Of a DNA stretch of 64,000 nt, positions 42,894 to 53,231 are shown one piece after another. How positions within the stretch are numbered: position 1 is the stretch's first letter; every line of letters begins with the position of its first letter. The position numbers and the translations under genes are program-made. The notes below the pieces were generated by a model. It was not told where the DNA came from, made no database searches, and was given only the letters and a program-made list of their open reading frames with translations. The stretch is from Clostridiales bacterium. GTDB lineage: Bacteria > Bacillota > Clostridia > Christensenellales > CAG-138. The stretch spans positions 14,619-78,618 of the forward strand of contig CAKJYC010000021.1 in the NCBI GenBank assembly GCA_918244965.1. The letters are read 5' to 3'.

Positions 42894-44333
42894 TTACAGA
42901 AAGAGCTCCCTTTTCGCCCGATCCAGCCGATCGAGCTTTGCGCCGTAGGTCGGCACATCCTTCGGGTTCGGAATACGCTCGACGCGATTCTGTCCGCAGA
43001 ATACGCGCTTGGTCATTGCGCCCGCGCCGTGCGCCAGGATCGAGGTCGTTTCCTCCATCATGTCGATGTTGTAGACGCACAGCTTCCCGTCTGCCGCATA
43101 GCCGACGTTTTCGAGGTTGCCGTTCTGGTATTTCTGCCGGTACATATAGTACGGCCAAAGCCCGATCTCCCGCGCCGCCAGAAAGCCCATATCGATCATG
43201 GTCTCGACCTCTTCACGCGAAGGAAGCGGATACCGATCCAACTGATCCTTGAGCCTGCTGGAGCGTTTGATCGCCAGCGTATGGACGGTAAGGTTGTCCG
43301 GGCGAAGCGACTTTATCTCATTGAGCGTGCGTTCAAAGTCTTCGATCGTTTCTCCCGGCAGGCCTGCGATCAAGTCCATATTGATTGAAGAGAAGCCAAG
43401 TGCGCGCGCAAGCGCAAATGCATCCTTGATCTGCGCGGCGGTGTGTGCACGGCCGATCCTGCGAAGCGTTTCATCGGACATCGTCTGCGGATTGATCGAA
43501 ATACGCTCCACGCCGTGACGGCGCAGGACCTCCAGCTTTTCCCGTGTGATCGTATCGGGTCTGCCGGCTTCGACGGTACATTCCGTTCCGTAGGTGCCGT
43601 ACTGCGCTTCAAAATGCGAAAGCAGCGCGTCAAGCTCTTCCGCTTCGAGCACAGTGGGCGTGCCGCCGCCGAGATACGTCGCGCGAACGTGATATCCGCC
43701 GTCCCGCACAAGCCTTGCGCCGTTTTCGATATCGCGGTACAGATACGGCAAATACTCCTGAATCGCGTTCTTTTTCGCGATCTCTGCGCCGAACGAGCAA
43801 TACAGACAGCGTGTCCTGCAGTACGGAATACCGATATAAACGTCGACGTCGTTCGGCTGTACCGATTCGATGAACGGCTTTTGTACGGCATTGATCGTCG
43901 CGGCAAGGCGCAGTTTGTCCTTGCGTACCGAAAAGACCTCTGAAAACTGGCGGACTGCTTCCTGTTCGCCGACGCGCTCGCACAGCTCGCGCAGGAGCTT
44001 GGTCGGACGGATCCCTGTGAGACTCCCCCACGGCATTTCCGTCGGGCAGATCGTTTGCATCAGCGCATAGACCGCGCGCTTTTCTGCGCGTTTTTCCTGG
44101 CGCTTCCGATCGAGCGGATCCGCTTCGTCTACCGCATAGGCAACGATGACCGGCTCACCATCCGGGAGGCGTTTTGCAGCCGCTGAACACCGGTCCGGAT
44201 CCAGCATAACCGAGATTGTCAACGCTGCATCTTCAACAGGCTCCGGTGTAATATCAACAAGGCCGAGGAACATGCGGATCTCCTCGGCGATATCGTTCAG
44301 ATACTGGGGGGTGTTTGTAATCAGTCGAACCAC
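42894..44333 (-). CDS. hemZ: radical-SAM coproporphyrinogen dehydrogenase-like protein HemZ
   Basis: YIGIPYCRTRCLYCSF (CxxxCxxC) with a long N-terminal extension typical of HemZ. Clostridial synteny with MBL-dtd-relA-recJ. Confidence 0.8.
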   Translation of the reverse strand: MVRLITNTPQYLNDIAEEIRMFLGLVDITPEPVEDAALTISVMLDPDRCSAAAKRLPDGEPVIVAYAVDEADPLDRKRQEKRAEKRAVYALMQTICPTEMPWGSLTGIRPTKLLRELCERVGEQEAVRQFSEVFSVRKDKLRLAATINAVQKPFIESVQPNDVDVYIGIPYCRTRCLYCSFGAEIAKKNAIQEYLPYLYRDIENGARLVRDGGYHVRATYLGGGTPTVLEAEELDALLSHFEAQYGTYGTECTVEAGRPDTITREKLEVLRRHGVERISINPQTMSDETLRRIGRAHTAAQIKDAFALARALGFSSINMDLIAGLPGETIEDFERTLNEIKSLRPDNLTVHTLAIKRSSRLKDQLDRYPLPSREEVETMIDMGFLAAREIGLWPYYMYRQKYQNGNLENVGYAADGKLCVYNIDMMEETTSILAHGAGAMTKRVFCGQNRVERIPNPKDVPTYGAKLDRLDRAKRELFL

Positions 44334-44965
44334 GGTGACGCCTCGTAATTGATCGGATTGCTCATGCGTTCGTGCAGTACGGTCGTCGGCTCCTCATGGC
44401 CGGGATAGAGCCTGTACTCGTCCGGCAGCGCGAACAGAATATCCTGAATGGAATGCTTGAGCGCGGCAAAGTCGCCGGTCGGCAGGTCAAATCGTCCGTA
44501 GCCGTCGGCAAACAGCGTGTCGCCCACAAAGGCGCAGCATTCTTCGTCGCAGACGTACGTGATCCCTCCCACGGTATGACCCGGCGTTTCCAACACGCGA
44601 AACCGAAGTCCCGCCGCCTCGAACGTGTCGCCGTCGTGCAAAAGCACGTCGGGCTCGACAGGATCGAGCGCAATGCGCTGCGTCATGGAAAGACTGACGA
44701 GGTTGCTTTTGAGTCCTTCCGCATCTTTTTCGGAGATATAGATCCTTGCGCCGGTCGCTTTCTTCAATGCGGCAACGCCGAGCAGATGGTCGAAATGCCG
44801 GTGTGTCACCAGAATATCCGTCAGCGTTTTGTTGTGCGCATTCAAAAAGATCTCTGCAAGCGATGCGTCAGACGGGTCGATGACCGCGACGGAATCGCTG
44901 CCGTCCTTTGCGACAAAAATCATATTGGCCGCGACCGGGCCGCAGGGGTAAATCTGTATCTGCAT
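44321..44965 (-). CDS. MBL-fold metallo-hydrolase (glyoxalase II-like)
   Basis: THRHFDH metal-binding motif. Confidence 0.8.
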   Translation of the reverse strand: MQIQIYPCGPVAANMIFVAKDGSDSVAVIDPSDASLAEIFLNAHNKTLTDILVTHRHFDHLLGVAALKKATGARIYISEKDAEGLKSNLVSLSMTQRIALDPVEPDVLLHDGDTFEAAGLRFRVLETPGHTVGGITYVCDEECCAFVGDTLFADGYGRFDLPTGDFAALKHSIQDILFALPDEYRLYPGHEEPTTVLHERMSNPINYEASPWFD

Positions 44966-44966
44966 G

Positions 44967-45413
44967 TCAAAACCCTTTCTTGGAATCGAGCAGGATCGTA
45001 AAAGGTCCGTCGTTGCGGATCAAAACTTTCATATCCGCACCGAACCTGCCGGTCTCGACCGGAACCGCCGTTCTCAGTCGCTCGATGCAGCGCTCATACA
45101 ACGGGATCGCCTGCTCGGGGCGCGCGGCGTCGATGTAGCTCGGCCGTCTGCCCTTTCTGGCGTCGCCCAAAAGTGTAAACTGCGAGATCAGCAGGACGGA
45201 TCCGCTGATGTCGAGCACGCTTTTATTCGGTACGCCGTTTTCATCATCGAATATGCGAAGACCGATCAGTTTGTCCGCGATATAATCCGTGTCCGCTTCG
45301 CTGTCGTCGACCGAAACGCCGAGCAGTACGCATAGCCCGTTCCGAATGCTTCCGACCGTTTCTCCCTCGATCGTGACCGATGCTTCGGTCACGCGCTGTA
45401 CCACTGCACGCAT
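44967..45413 (-). CDS. dtd: D-aminoacyl-tRNA deacylase
   Basis: MRAVVQRV... N-terminus and SQFTLLGD..KGRRPS motif. Confidence 0.93.
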   Translation of the reverse strand: MRAVVQRVTEASVTIEGETVGSIRNGLCVLLGVSVDDSEADTDYIADKLIGLRIFDDENGVPNKSVLDISGSVLLISQFTLLGDARKGRRPSYIDAARPEQAIPLYERCIERLRTAVPVETGRFGADMKVLIRNDGPFTILLDSKKGF

Positions 45414-45422
45414 ACATCCTCC

Positions 45423-47600
45423 TTACACGCGGAATACATCTACGACCTGCTTGAGTTTGCGAAGATTGGAGATAATGACGCCGAGCTGCTCGGCGCTCGC
45501 CACCGTACAGGTGATCTCCATCGCCGCAAATCCGTCGTCCGTTGAGCGGCTCGAAAGGTCGGTCATGTTGACATTGAGATTCAGCAGGACCTTGCTGACC
45601 TCCATCAGCGACCCCGGCCTGTCCTCGATGAACACGCGGATCGTCGCGCTGAAATTCGTGCGTTCGTCTACTGCCCATTCGACTTCGATCATGCGTTCCG
45701 CGTCCTGCATCAGGCTCTGCACGTTCTTGCAGTCCGCACGGTGCACGGAAACGCCCCTGCCGCGTGTGATATAGCCGACGATCGGATCGCCGGGCAACGG
45801 GTTGCAGCAGTTGCCGAAGAACACCGCCATGCCGGGATCGCCATGCACATAGATTCCCTTCGGGTTTGCTTTGTGCAGCGGTTTCTTGGAAAGCTCCCTG
45901 TCCGCGGCTTCGCCGAGTTTTTTCTGCATCTCATCAAGCCGTTCCTCCTTGCGGTGAAGGTCGATGAGCTTATGCAGCACCTGTCCGGCCGAGATCCCTC
46001 CAAAGCCGATCGACGAGTACAGATCGTCGAGCGAAGCGAGATTGTGACGCTTCAGGACCTCGTTGTAATACTCCGGCTTCATCAGGATCGCAAGGCTTTG
46101 TGCGTGCCGCTTTGCGGTCTCCTCCAGCATCTCACGTCCGCGCTGGATGTTCTCCTCACGGTTTTCATGCTTGAACCATTGCCGGATCTTATTCTTGGCG
46201 GACTGTGTTTTGACGATTGACAGCCAGTCGCGGCTCGGACCAGCCTGCGAATTCGACGTGATGATCTCGACGACATCGTTCGTTTTCAGCTTATAATCAA
46301 GCCGCACGACGTTGCCGTTGACGCGCGCGTGCTGGCAGTGATGGCCGATCTTCGTATGGATGCGGTAAGCGAAATCCAGCGGCGTCGAACCTACCGGAAG
46401 GTCGATGATCTCACCCTTCGGCGTCAGCACAAAGACGTACTCGCCGAGAAAATCCTTCAGAATGTTGTCAACGAATTCCTTGCTGTCCTCGGTCGTTTCG
46501 TCCGCTTCAAGCACCTGCCTAAGCCACGACGTCTTGCGATCAAGCTCCGTCATGGACTGGCGACCTTCCTTGTACATCCAGTGCGCTGCAATGCCGTATT
46601 CCGCTGTCGCGTGCATCTCCTTGGTCCGGATCTGCACTTCGAACGGTATGCCGCGCTCGTCCATGACCGTCGTGTGCAGCGACCGGTACAGATTCGGTTT
46701 CGGCATCGCGATATAATCCTTGAACCTGCCCGGCAACGGCTTCCATGTTGCATGAATGACGCCGAGCGCCGCATAACAGTCGGTCACGGTGTCTACAATG
46801 ATGCGGATCGCGATCAGGTCGTACAGTTCATGAAGCGTACAGTTGTTGCGCTGCATCTTGCGATAGGCGGAATACAGATGCTTCGGTCGTCCGGAGATGC
46901 TGCCGTCAATGTTGGCTTCCTTCAGAAGGACCTTCATCTTTTCCATGGCGCTGCTTAAAAGCGCCAGCCGTTCCTTTTGCTGGACGTCGACCTGTGACTT
47001 GATGCTTTCATACTCCTCCGGCATCAGATAACGGAACGACAGATCTTCGAGCTCACTGCGGATCGCGCCCATGCCGAAGCGGTGTGCAAGCGGTGCGTAG
47101 ACCTCAAGCGTTTCACGGGATTTCTTGATTTGTTTCTGGGGCGAGCAAACGTCGATCGTCCGCATGTTGTGCAGACGGTCCGCAAGCTTGATGATGACGA
47201 CGCGCACATCCTCGGCGATCGCAAGAAACAGCTTGCGAAGGTTTTCGGACTGCTCCTGCTTTTTGGTGACATAGGTCTGCTTGCCGGAGATCGTCAGCTT
47301 GGTGACGCCGTCTACCAGAAAAGCGACCTCCTTGCCGAACATCTTTTCGATGTCGGCGATCTGCACGTTGTCGCCGTCCTCGACCGTGTCATGCAGCACG
47401 CCGGCAATGACCGTCGGCGCATCCATGCCCATATCGAGAAGATAGGATGCAACGGTCAGCGGATGTGTCACAAACGGCGTACCGTCGTCACGTTTTTGAT
47501 TGCAATGAACACGCGAAGCAAACGAGACGGCTTCCGCCATCATCTTTGCCTGCTCTTCGCCGAATCGTTCGGCAAACTGTGCGATCAAACGCTCCTCCAT
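45423..47600 (-). CDS. relA: bifunctional (p)ppGpp synthetase/hydrolase RelA/SpoT
   Basis: HD domain (HPLTVA...HDTVED), synthetase domain (YRSLHTTV), TGS and ACT regions. The second ATG (47600) has proper spacing from the AGGAGG. Confidence 0.93.
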   Translation of the reverse strand: MEERLIAQFAERFGEEQAKMMAEAVSFASRVHCNQKRDDGTPFVTHPLTVASYLLDMGMDAPTVIAGVLHDTVEDGDNVQIADIEKMFGKEVAFLVDGVTKLTISGKQTYVTKKQEQSENLRKLFLAIAEDVRVVIIKLADRLHNMRTIDVCSPQKQIKKSRETLEVYAPLAHRFGMGAIRSELEDLSFRYLMPEEYESIKSQVDVQQKERLALLSSAMEKMKVLLKEANIDGSISGRPKHLYSAYRKMQRNNCTLHELYDLIAIRIIVDTVTDCYAALGVIHATWKPLPGRFKDYIAMPKPNLYRSLHTTVMDERGIPFEVQIRTKEMHATAEYGIAAHWMYKEGRQSMTELDRKTSWLRQVLEADETTEDSKEFVDNILKDFLGEYVFVLTPKGEIIDLPVGSTPLDFAYRIHTKIGHHCQHARVNGNVVRLDYKLKTNDVVEIITSNSQAGPSRDWLSIVKTQSAKNKIRQWFKHENREENIQRGREMLEETAKRHAQSLAILMKPEYYNEVLKRHNLASLDDLYSSIGFGGISAGQVLHKLIDLHRKEERLDEMQKKLGEAADRELSKKPLHKANPKGIYVHGDPGMAVFFGNCCNPLPGDPIVGYITRGRGVSVHRADCKNVQSLMQDAERMIEVEWAVDERTNFSATIRVFIEDRPGSLMEVSKVLLNLNVNMTDLSSRSTDDGFAAMEITCTVASAEQLGVIISNLRKLKQVVDVFRV

Positions 47601-47631
47601 GTGCATCCTCCTTTCTCAGAACGCCGATATT

Positions 47632-49608
47632 TTACTCCAAACACAGTACAGGATACAAGAGGGCATTTTGAATTTGTTTCTTTTCCTGCACATTTTCCGT
47701 AAAAAACTCTCCGTTTCGGAACCGAACCACGCCGATCTCCAGAAGCGGCAGCAGCGCTGACAGTTCCTGTTCGGAAAGACATTCCAGCGCTGTCCCGTTT
47801 TTCAGCCGGTCCAAAAGCGTTCGATAGACTGAACGGATCTCCCCCTCCGTTACCTTCGGAAGCATATTCAAAACGTCTTTGTCCGGAAGCGGCTGTCCGT
47901 ATCGGACTGTGCGAATGCACGCTTTCGCCGCTTCGATCACCGCTTCGTCGGTATTGCGTTCGAGCGCTTCCGCGCGGACGGACACCTCCGGCCTGCCCTG
48001 ATAGCTGGACAGTTCTATGGATACATACGCTCTTGCGGAGGAAACGGCGCACCAGTCGCTGCAGCGATCGCCTGTCCCGAAGGAAACGATCCGTACCGAC
48101 GATGCATCGTCCGTGATCTTTGCAGTCAGATGCGTTCCGTCCTTGCCGATCCTGCGTACACCCGACAGCGTTCCTTCGATCCTGAATACCGGCGTGCGAT
48201 TCTCTTCGCCGAACGGCGCCAGACAGGCGATCTCGCCTGCGAGCTTCGTCGTGATCTCACAGAGCGCAAGCCGATCCTCTACCGTTCGTGTCTCGTCGGG
48301 CAATCCGGTCGGAAACCGTTCGGCAAGATCCTGTTCCAGCGCCTGTTTGACCGCTGTAAAGGCGCTTTTTTCGACGGTAGCGCCCGCGGCAAGAAGATGT
48401 CCTCCAAATCGTAAAAACAGCTCCTTATGGCGCGACAGAAGCGCAAATAGATCGACGGCGGGCACACTCCGTCCGGAGCCTGTCAGCGTATCTCCGGTAT
48501 CGGAGAACAGTATCACCGGGCAGTGATGCCGTTCGACAAGCCGTGACGATACGATGCCGACGACGCCTGTGTTCCAGTCCGTTCCGCATAGAATCAGGAT
48601 ACGCGGATCCGAATCCGTGATCTGCGCCTCTGCCTCCCGGAAAATTCGCTGTTCCTCGGCACGGCGGCGTATGTTTTCCTGCTCCAGCTCTGTCGAAAGC
48701 ATTTCCCGTTCAGATGCGTCCTCTGTAAGCAGCAGACGCACGGCACGTGAAGGATCCCCCATCCGTCCCGCAGCATTGATGCGCGGCGCAAGCACGAAAG
48801 AAAGCGTGCTCTCCCCCGCGATTTCCTGTATGCCCGCCGCGTTCAGCAGCGCATTAAGGCCCGGCTGTGCGACTATCAGCGGCAAGCCTTTTTTTACGAT
48901 CGTGCGATTAGACGCCTGAAGCGGCACAACATCCGCCATTGTCGCAAGCGCGGCAAGCGGCAGATACGGAGCGATCTGGCAGCCAAGTGCGTACGCTGTG
49001 AGCATGGCGACCGATGCGCCGCAAAGGCAGCGCAGCGATTCGTCCTGATCGGATCTTGCCGCACAGACGACTGCCGCAGCGTCCGGCATCGTTTCATGGC
49101 AACGATGATGATCGGTCACGACCGTATCCATACCGAGGCTCTTTGCGTAGGCGATCTCTGTATGCGCGGAAACGCCGTTGTCAACTGTAACGATCAGGCG
49201 GACGCCGTCCAGGTGCATCGCATCGACTGCGTGTATGTTCAGACCGTAGCCCTCCGCAAACCGGCTCGGCAGCATGTAGACCGCATCGGCGCCGAGACGC
49301 TTCAGTGCATCGGTCAGGATCGCCGTCGCGCAGATGCCGTCGGTATCATAGTCGCCGTAGACGCAGATGCGTTCATTCGCTTCGATCGCCTGACGGATAC
49401 GGCGAACCGCTCCGTCCATATCGGAAAGCGCGAACGGATCGGGCAGCGGCTTCGATTCGGGATGCAGAAAGCCGGTGATCGATTCGTCGTCGATCAGTCC
49501 GCGCCGCACAAGCATTGCGGAAAACGCGCGCGTGAAGCCAAACCGGCCCATGACGTCGGAGACGGTCCGATCAAACGCTTGTTTGCTGTTTTCCGCGATG
49601 TTCGGCAT
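47632..49608 (-). CDS. recJ: single-stranded-DNA-specific exonuclease RecJ
   Basis: DHH motifs (VYGDYDTDG, VTVDNG, VVTDHH). ATG 49608 preferred over the track TTG at 49632, which lies inside a terminator hairpin. Confidence 0.85.
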   Translation of the reverse strand: MPNIAENSKQAFDRTVSDVMGRFGFTRAFSAMLVRRGLIDDESITGFLHPESKPLPDPFALSDMDGAVRRIRQAIEANERICVYGDYDTDGICATAILTDALKRLGADAVYMLPSRFAEGYGLNIHAVDAMHLDGVRLIVTVDNGVSAHTEIAYAKSLGMDTVVTDHHRCHETMPDAAAVVCAARSDQDESLRCLCGASVAMLTAYALGCQIAPYLPLAALATMADVVPLQASNRTIVKKGLPLIVAQPGLNALLNAAGIQEIAGESTLSFVLAPRINAAGRMGDPSRAVRLLLTEDASEREMLSTELEQENIRRRAEEQRIFREAEAQITDSDPRILILCGTDWNTGVVGIVSSRLVERHHCPVILFSDTGDTLTGSGRSVPAVDLFALLSRHKELFLRFGGHLLAAGATVEKSAFTAVKQALEQDLAERFPTGLPDETRTVEDRLALCEITTKLAGEIACLAPFGEENRTPVFRIEGTLSGVRRIGKDGTHLTAKITDDASSVRIVSFGTGDRCSDWCAVSSARAYVSIELSSYQGRPEVSVRAEALERNTDEAVIEAAKACIRTVRYGQPLPDKDVLNMLPKVTEGEIRSVYRTLLDRLKNGTALECLSEQELSALLPLLEIGVVRFRNGEFFTENVQEKKQIQNALLYPVLCLE

Positions 49609-49615
49609 ACGGCAT

Positions 49616-49646
49616 AAAAAGGGCCGCGGCAATCAAACCGCAGCCC
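49616..49646 (-). terminator. hairpin plus T5 directly after ackA
   Basis: Minus strand reads GGGCTGCGG-TTTGATTG-CCGCGGCCC-TTTTT. Confidence 0.6.
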
Positions 49647-49656
49647 GGTATTTTTC

Positions 49657-50859
49657 TTACAGCGCGATCGCTGCGGTATCTCTTGCGATGGCAAGCTCTT
49701 CGTCGGTCGGAAGCACAATGACCGTAACCTTGGAGTCCGGCTTAGAAAGCACGATCTCCTTGCCTCTCGGCGCGGTGCGGTTCTTCTCGAAATCGAAGTC
49801 GACGCCGAGATAATCCATGTCTTTCATGATCAGCTCGCGCGTTGCAGCATCGTTCTCGCCGACGCCTGCGGTAAACACGATGCAGTCAACGCCGTCCATA
49901 TCCGCGGAATACCCGCCGATGAGACGCTTGACCGCCTGTGCGAACATGTCGAGCGCAAGCGCTGCGCGTTCGTTGCCCTCATTGCGGGCAGCCCACAGAT
50001 CGCGGAAGTCGCTGGACACGCCGGAGACGCCCAGCATGCCGCTCTTTTTGTTCATGATGCTGTCGATCTCCTTTGCGGTTGCACCCGTGCGATGCATCAG
50101 ATACGGAACGATCGCCGGATCGATGCTGCCGCAGCGCGTGCCCATCGGGAGACCTTCGAGCGGCGTCAGGCCCATCGAAGTGTTGACGCACTTGCCGCCC
50201 TTCGAGCAGCTGACGGAGGAACCGTTGCCGAGATGGCAGGTGATCACGCGGACGTTCGGATCGCCCTCGCGGCCGAGGCGTTTGATCGCTTCGCCGGTGA
50301 CGAACATATGAGACGTGCCGTGGAAGCCGTAGCGGCGTACCTGATACTGCTCGTAGATCTCATACGGCAGCGCGTACATGAAGTTTTTCGGCTCCATGCT
50401 CATACCCCACGCGGTGTCGAACACGGCGACCATCGGGGTGTCCGGCATGACGGCGCGGCATGCGCTGATGCCCATGAGGTTTGCGGGATTGTGGAGAGGC
50501 GCCAAAGGGATGCATTCCTCGATCATCTTAATGACCTCGTCGGTGATCAGCACGGACTTTGTGAACTTCGTGCCGCCGTGTACGACGCGATGGCCGACCG
50601 CCGCGATGGACGACATGTCGGAAATAACGCCGATCTTCGGATCCGCCAGAACGTCGAGCACCATGGCAATCGCGTCCTGATGCGTCGGCATGGGCGCTTC
50701 CTTTTCGAGCTTGTCGCCGCCGGTGGGCTTATAGGTCAGCTTGCCGTCGATGCCGATGCGTTCGCAAAGGCCCTTGGCAAGAACGCTCTCGGTGTCGATG
50801 TCGATCAGCTGATACTTGAGCGACGAGCTGCCTGCGTTGATAACAAGAATGGATCTCAT
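49657..50859 (-). CDS. ackA: acetate kinase
   Basis: ILVINAGSSSLKYQL N-terminus, HRVVHGG and GFHGTSH motifs. Confidence 0.95.
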   Translation of the reverse strand: MRSILVINAGSSSLKYQLIDIDTESVLAKGLCERIGIDGKLTYKPTGGDKLEKEAPMPTHQDAIAMVLDVLADPKIGVISDMSSIAAVGHRVVHGGTKFTKSVLITDEVIKMIEECIPLAPLHNPANLMGISACRAVMPDTPMVAVFDTAWGMSMEPKNFMYALPYEIYEQYQVRRYGFHGTSHMFVTGEAIKRLGREGDPNVRVITCHLGNGSSVSCSKGGKCVNTSMGLTPLEGLPMGTRCGSIDPAIVPYLMHRTGATAKEIDSIMNKKSGMLGVSGVSSDFRDLWAARNEGNERAALALDMFAQAVKRLIGGYSADMDGVDCIVFTAGVGENDAATRELIMKDMDYLGVDFDFEKNRTAPRGKEIVLSKPDSKVTVIVLPTDEELAIARDTAAIAL

Positions 50860-50871
50860 AGTCAGCCTCCG

Positions 50872-51870
50872 TTACATATTCTGTGCCTGGACCGCCGTGA
50901 TCGCCACAACGGATACGATGTCTTCGATGCTGCAGCCGCGGCTCAAATCGTTGATCGGCGCCGCAAAGCCCTGGCAGATCGGGCCGATGGCTTCCGCGCC
51001 CGCAAGACGCTGGACGAGCTTATAGCCGATGTTGCCGGCCTGCAGGTCCGGGAAGACGAGAACGTTCGCCTTGCCCGCGACAGGGCTTCCGGGGCTCTTG
51101 AGCTGACCGACCTTTTCGACCAGCGCGGCGTCCGCCTGCAGCTCGCCGTCGACCATCAGCTCCGGTGCGCGTTCATGGACCATCTCGGTCGCGATGCGGA
51201 CCTTGTCGACATTATCATGCTTTGCGCTGCCCTTCGTGGAGAACGACAGCATTGCGATGCGCGCATCCATGCCGCAAAGTGCCTTCGCGCTCGCCGCGGA
51301 CGAGATCGCGATCTCGGCAAGCTGTTCAGACGTCGGGTCGATGTTCACCGCGCAGTCCGCAAAGATCATCAAGCCGTCGTCGCCGTACGCCTTGTTCGGA
51401 ATCTCCATGATGAAGAAGCTGGACACAGTGTTGATGCCGGGCTTCATTTTAATGATCTGAAGACCGGGACGCAGCGTGTTGCCCGTGGTGTTGATCGCGC
51501 CGGACACAAAGCCGTCGGCCTTCTTATCCTTAATCATCATGGCCGCGAAGAACAGCGGGTTCCTGATCATATCTGCAGCCTTTTCGGGCGTGACGCCCTT
51601 CGCCTTGCGCATCTCATAGAAGCGATCCACATACAGCTGATAGTCCGGATGCGTTTCGGGATCGACGGTGTCGATTCCTTCGAGCGATACGCCGAACTTG
51701 TTCGCGACCGCTTCGATCTCTTCACGCTTGCCGAACAGCGTGACCTTTGCGATGCCCTCCGCCGTAATGCGGGCAGCAGCCTGCACGGTGCGTTCTTCGG
51801 TTCCCTCAGGCAGCAAAATGCGCTTCTGATCCGCTTTTGCTTTTGCCTTGATCTGTTCCATCAATGACAT
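50872..51870 (-). CDS. pta: phosphate acetyltransferase
   Basis: ...ILLPEGTEERT... and Pta C-terminal fold motifs. GGAGG SD before ATG 51870. Lies 12 nt upstream of ackA. Confidence 0.92.
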   Translation of the reverse strand: MSLMEQIKAKAKADQKRILLPEGTEERTVQAAARITAEGIAKVTLFGKREEIEAVANKFGVSLEGIDTVDPETHPDYQLYVDRFYEMRKAKGVTPEKAADMIRNPLFFAAMMIKDKKADGFVSGAINTTGNTLRPGLQIIKMKPGINTVSSFFIMEIPNKAYGDDGLMIFADCAVNIDPTSEQLAEIAISSAASAKALCGMDARIAMLSFSTKGSAKHDNVDKVRIATEMVHERAPELMVDGELQADAALVEKVGQLKSPGSPVAGKANVLVFPDLQAGNIGYKLVQRLAGAEAIGPICQGFAAPINDLSRGCSIEDIVSVVAITAVQAQNM

Positions 51871-51974
51871 GACAAATTCCTCCGTAATAGATTTACAAAT
51901 TATTCTAACACATCTGTGCAAAAAATGGTATACTTGAATCAGATATATTTTGGTTCGGAGAGGAGTTTTTTTGC

Positions 51975-53177
51975 ATGCGCGTCGTCGGGATCATTGCGGA
52001 ATACAATCCGCTGCACAACGGACACATCTATCACATGGAAGAATCCAAGAAGCAGGCCGGCTCCGAATACTGCCTTGTCGCCATGTCCGGCAACTTTGTG
52101 CAGCGCGGCGAACCGGCATGCACCGACAAATTCACGCGGGCCGAATGGGCTGTTATGGGCGGCGCGGACCTTGTTGTGGAGATCCCGACCGTCTATGCCG
52201 TCTCAAGCGCGGAACGCTTTGCCGAAGGCGCGGTGAAAACGCTCGCAGCAAGCGGCGTCGTGACCGATCTCGCTTTCGGCGTCGAAACCGAGGACGTCAA
52301 CGCGCTGTATCACCTTGCCGATCTTCTGGACCGTGAGCCTGCGAATCTGCGCGTGTATCTGATGCATCATCTTAAACAGGGCAAATCCTTCCCCCGCGCG
52401 CAGTATGACGCGCTGCAGGATCTCGGCGTTCCGGAGGACGAGCTTGCGATTTTACAGCAACCGAACAACATCCTCGCCGTCGAATATCTGAAATCCATCC
52501 GTCGCTTTGCGCCGGAGATCCGTCCGCTTCCGATCCTGCGCATCGGAAACAAATACAACAGCACAGTCCTGACCGGAAAACTGTCGAGTGCGACTGCAAT
52601 TCGCGAAGCGTTGCTCGGCGGCGACGAATCGGTTTACGACACGATGCCGATGAGCGTTGCAGCCGCAATGCGCTTCGATGCGCAGTTCCCCGTCACGTTC
52701 GACCGGTTCAGTCAAATGCTTTTGTACCGGCTGCGTTCGATGACGCTCGAAGAGCTGGCTGCGCTGCCCGATGTCGGCGAAGGCTTTGAGCAGGTCCTGT
52801 TCCGCGCCGTTCGGCAGGCGACCGACCTTCCCGCCCTTCTCGAATCGATCAAATCGAAGCGCTATACGCTCGCGCGGTGCAAGCGCATCCTCGTTTCCGC
52901 GCTTCTGCACATACCTGCAGGCATGGCCGATTCGCTCGGACAGAATCCGGACGACCGGTATCTGCACGTGCTCGGCCTGAAGCGCGTCGGGCGCGGACTG
53001 CTTGCAGCGATGGCAAGCAAGGCGAGCGCGCCGGTGATCCTGCGTCACGCAGATCTCAATAACTGCTCCGACCTTGCCCGCGCGTCCATTTCGATCGACG
53101 CGCTGTCCACCGATCTCTACGCCTACGCGCTCGGCCGCGACCTGCATCGCGACGCGCAGAGCGCGATCACGGTTTGA
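51975..53177 (+). CDS. tmcAL: tRNA(Met) cytidine acetate ligase (YlbM/UPF0348)
   Basis: GIIAEYNPLHNGHIYH nucleotidyltransferase motif and 400-aa length. Confidence 0.85.
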   Translation: MRVVGIIAEYNPLHNGHIYHMEESKKQAGSEYCLVAMSGNFVQRGEPACTDKFTRAEWAVMGGADLVVEIPTVYAVSSAERFAEGAVKTLAASGVVTDLAFGVETEDVNALYHLADLLDREPANLRVYLMHHLKQGKSFPRAQYDALQDLGVPEDELAILQQPNNILAVEYLKSIRRFAPEIRPLPILRIGNKYNSTVLTGKLSSATAIREALLGGDESVYDTMPMSVAAAMRFDAQFPVTFDRFSQMLLYRLRSMTLEELAALPDVGEGFEQVLFRAVRQATDLPALLESIKSKRYTLARCKRILVSALLHIPAGMADSLGQNPDDRYLHVLGLKRVGRGLLAAMASKASAPVILRHADLNNCSDLARASISIDALSTDLYAYALGRDLHRDAQSAITV

Positions 53178-53190
53178 CACCGATATGCGA

Positions 53191-53226
53191 AAGAGCCCCG
53201 GACGATGCCGGAGCTCTTTTCTTTTT
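53191..53226 (+). terminator. intrinsic terminator after tmcAL
   Basis: AAGAGCCCCGG-N6-CCGGAGCTCTT plus TTCTTTTT. Confidence 0.75.
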
Positions 53227-53231
53227 GGGAA

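Noticed and set aside
50092-51867. 591-aa ORF antisense to ackA and pta
   Set aside because: It spans two well-supported genes on the other strand and their intergenic gap. Its composition is the R/A/D/H-rich pattern of a shadow ORF, and it has no SD.
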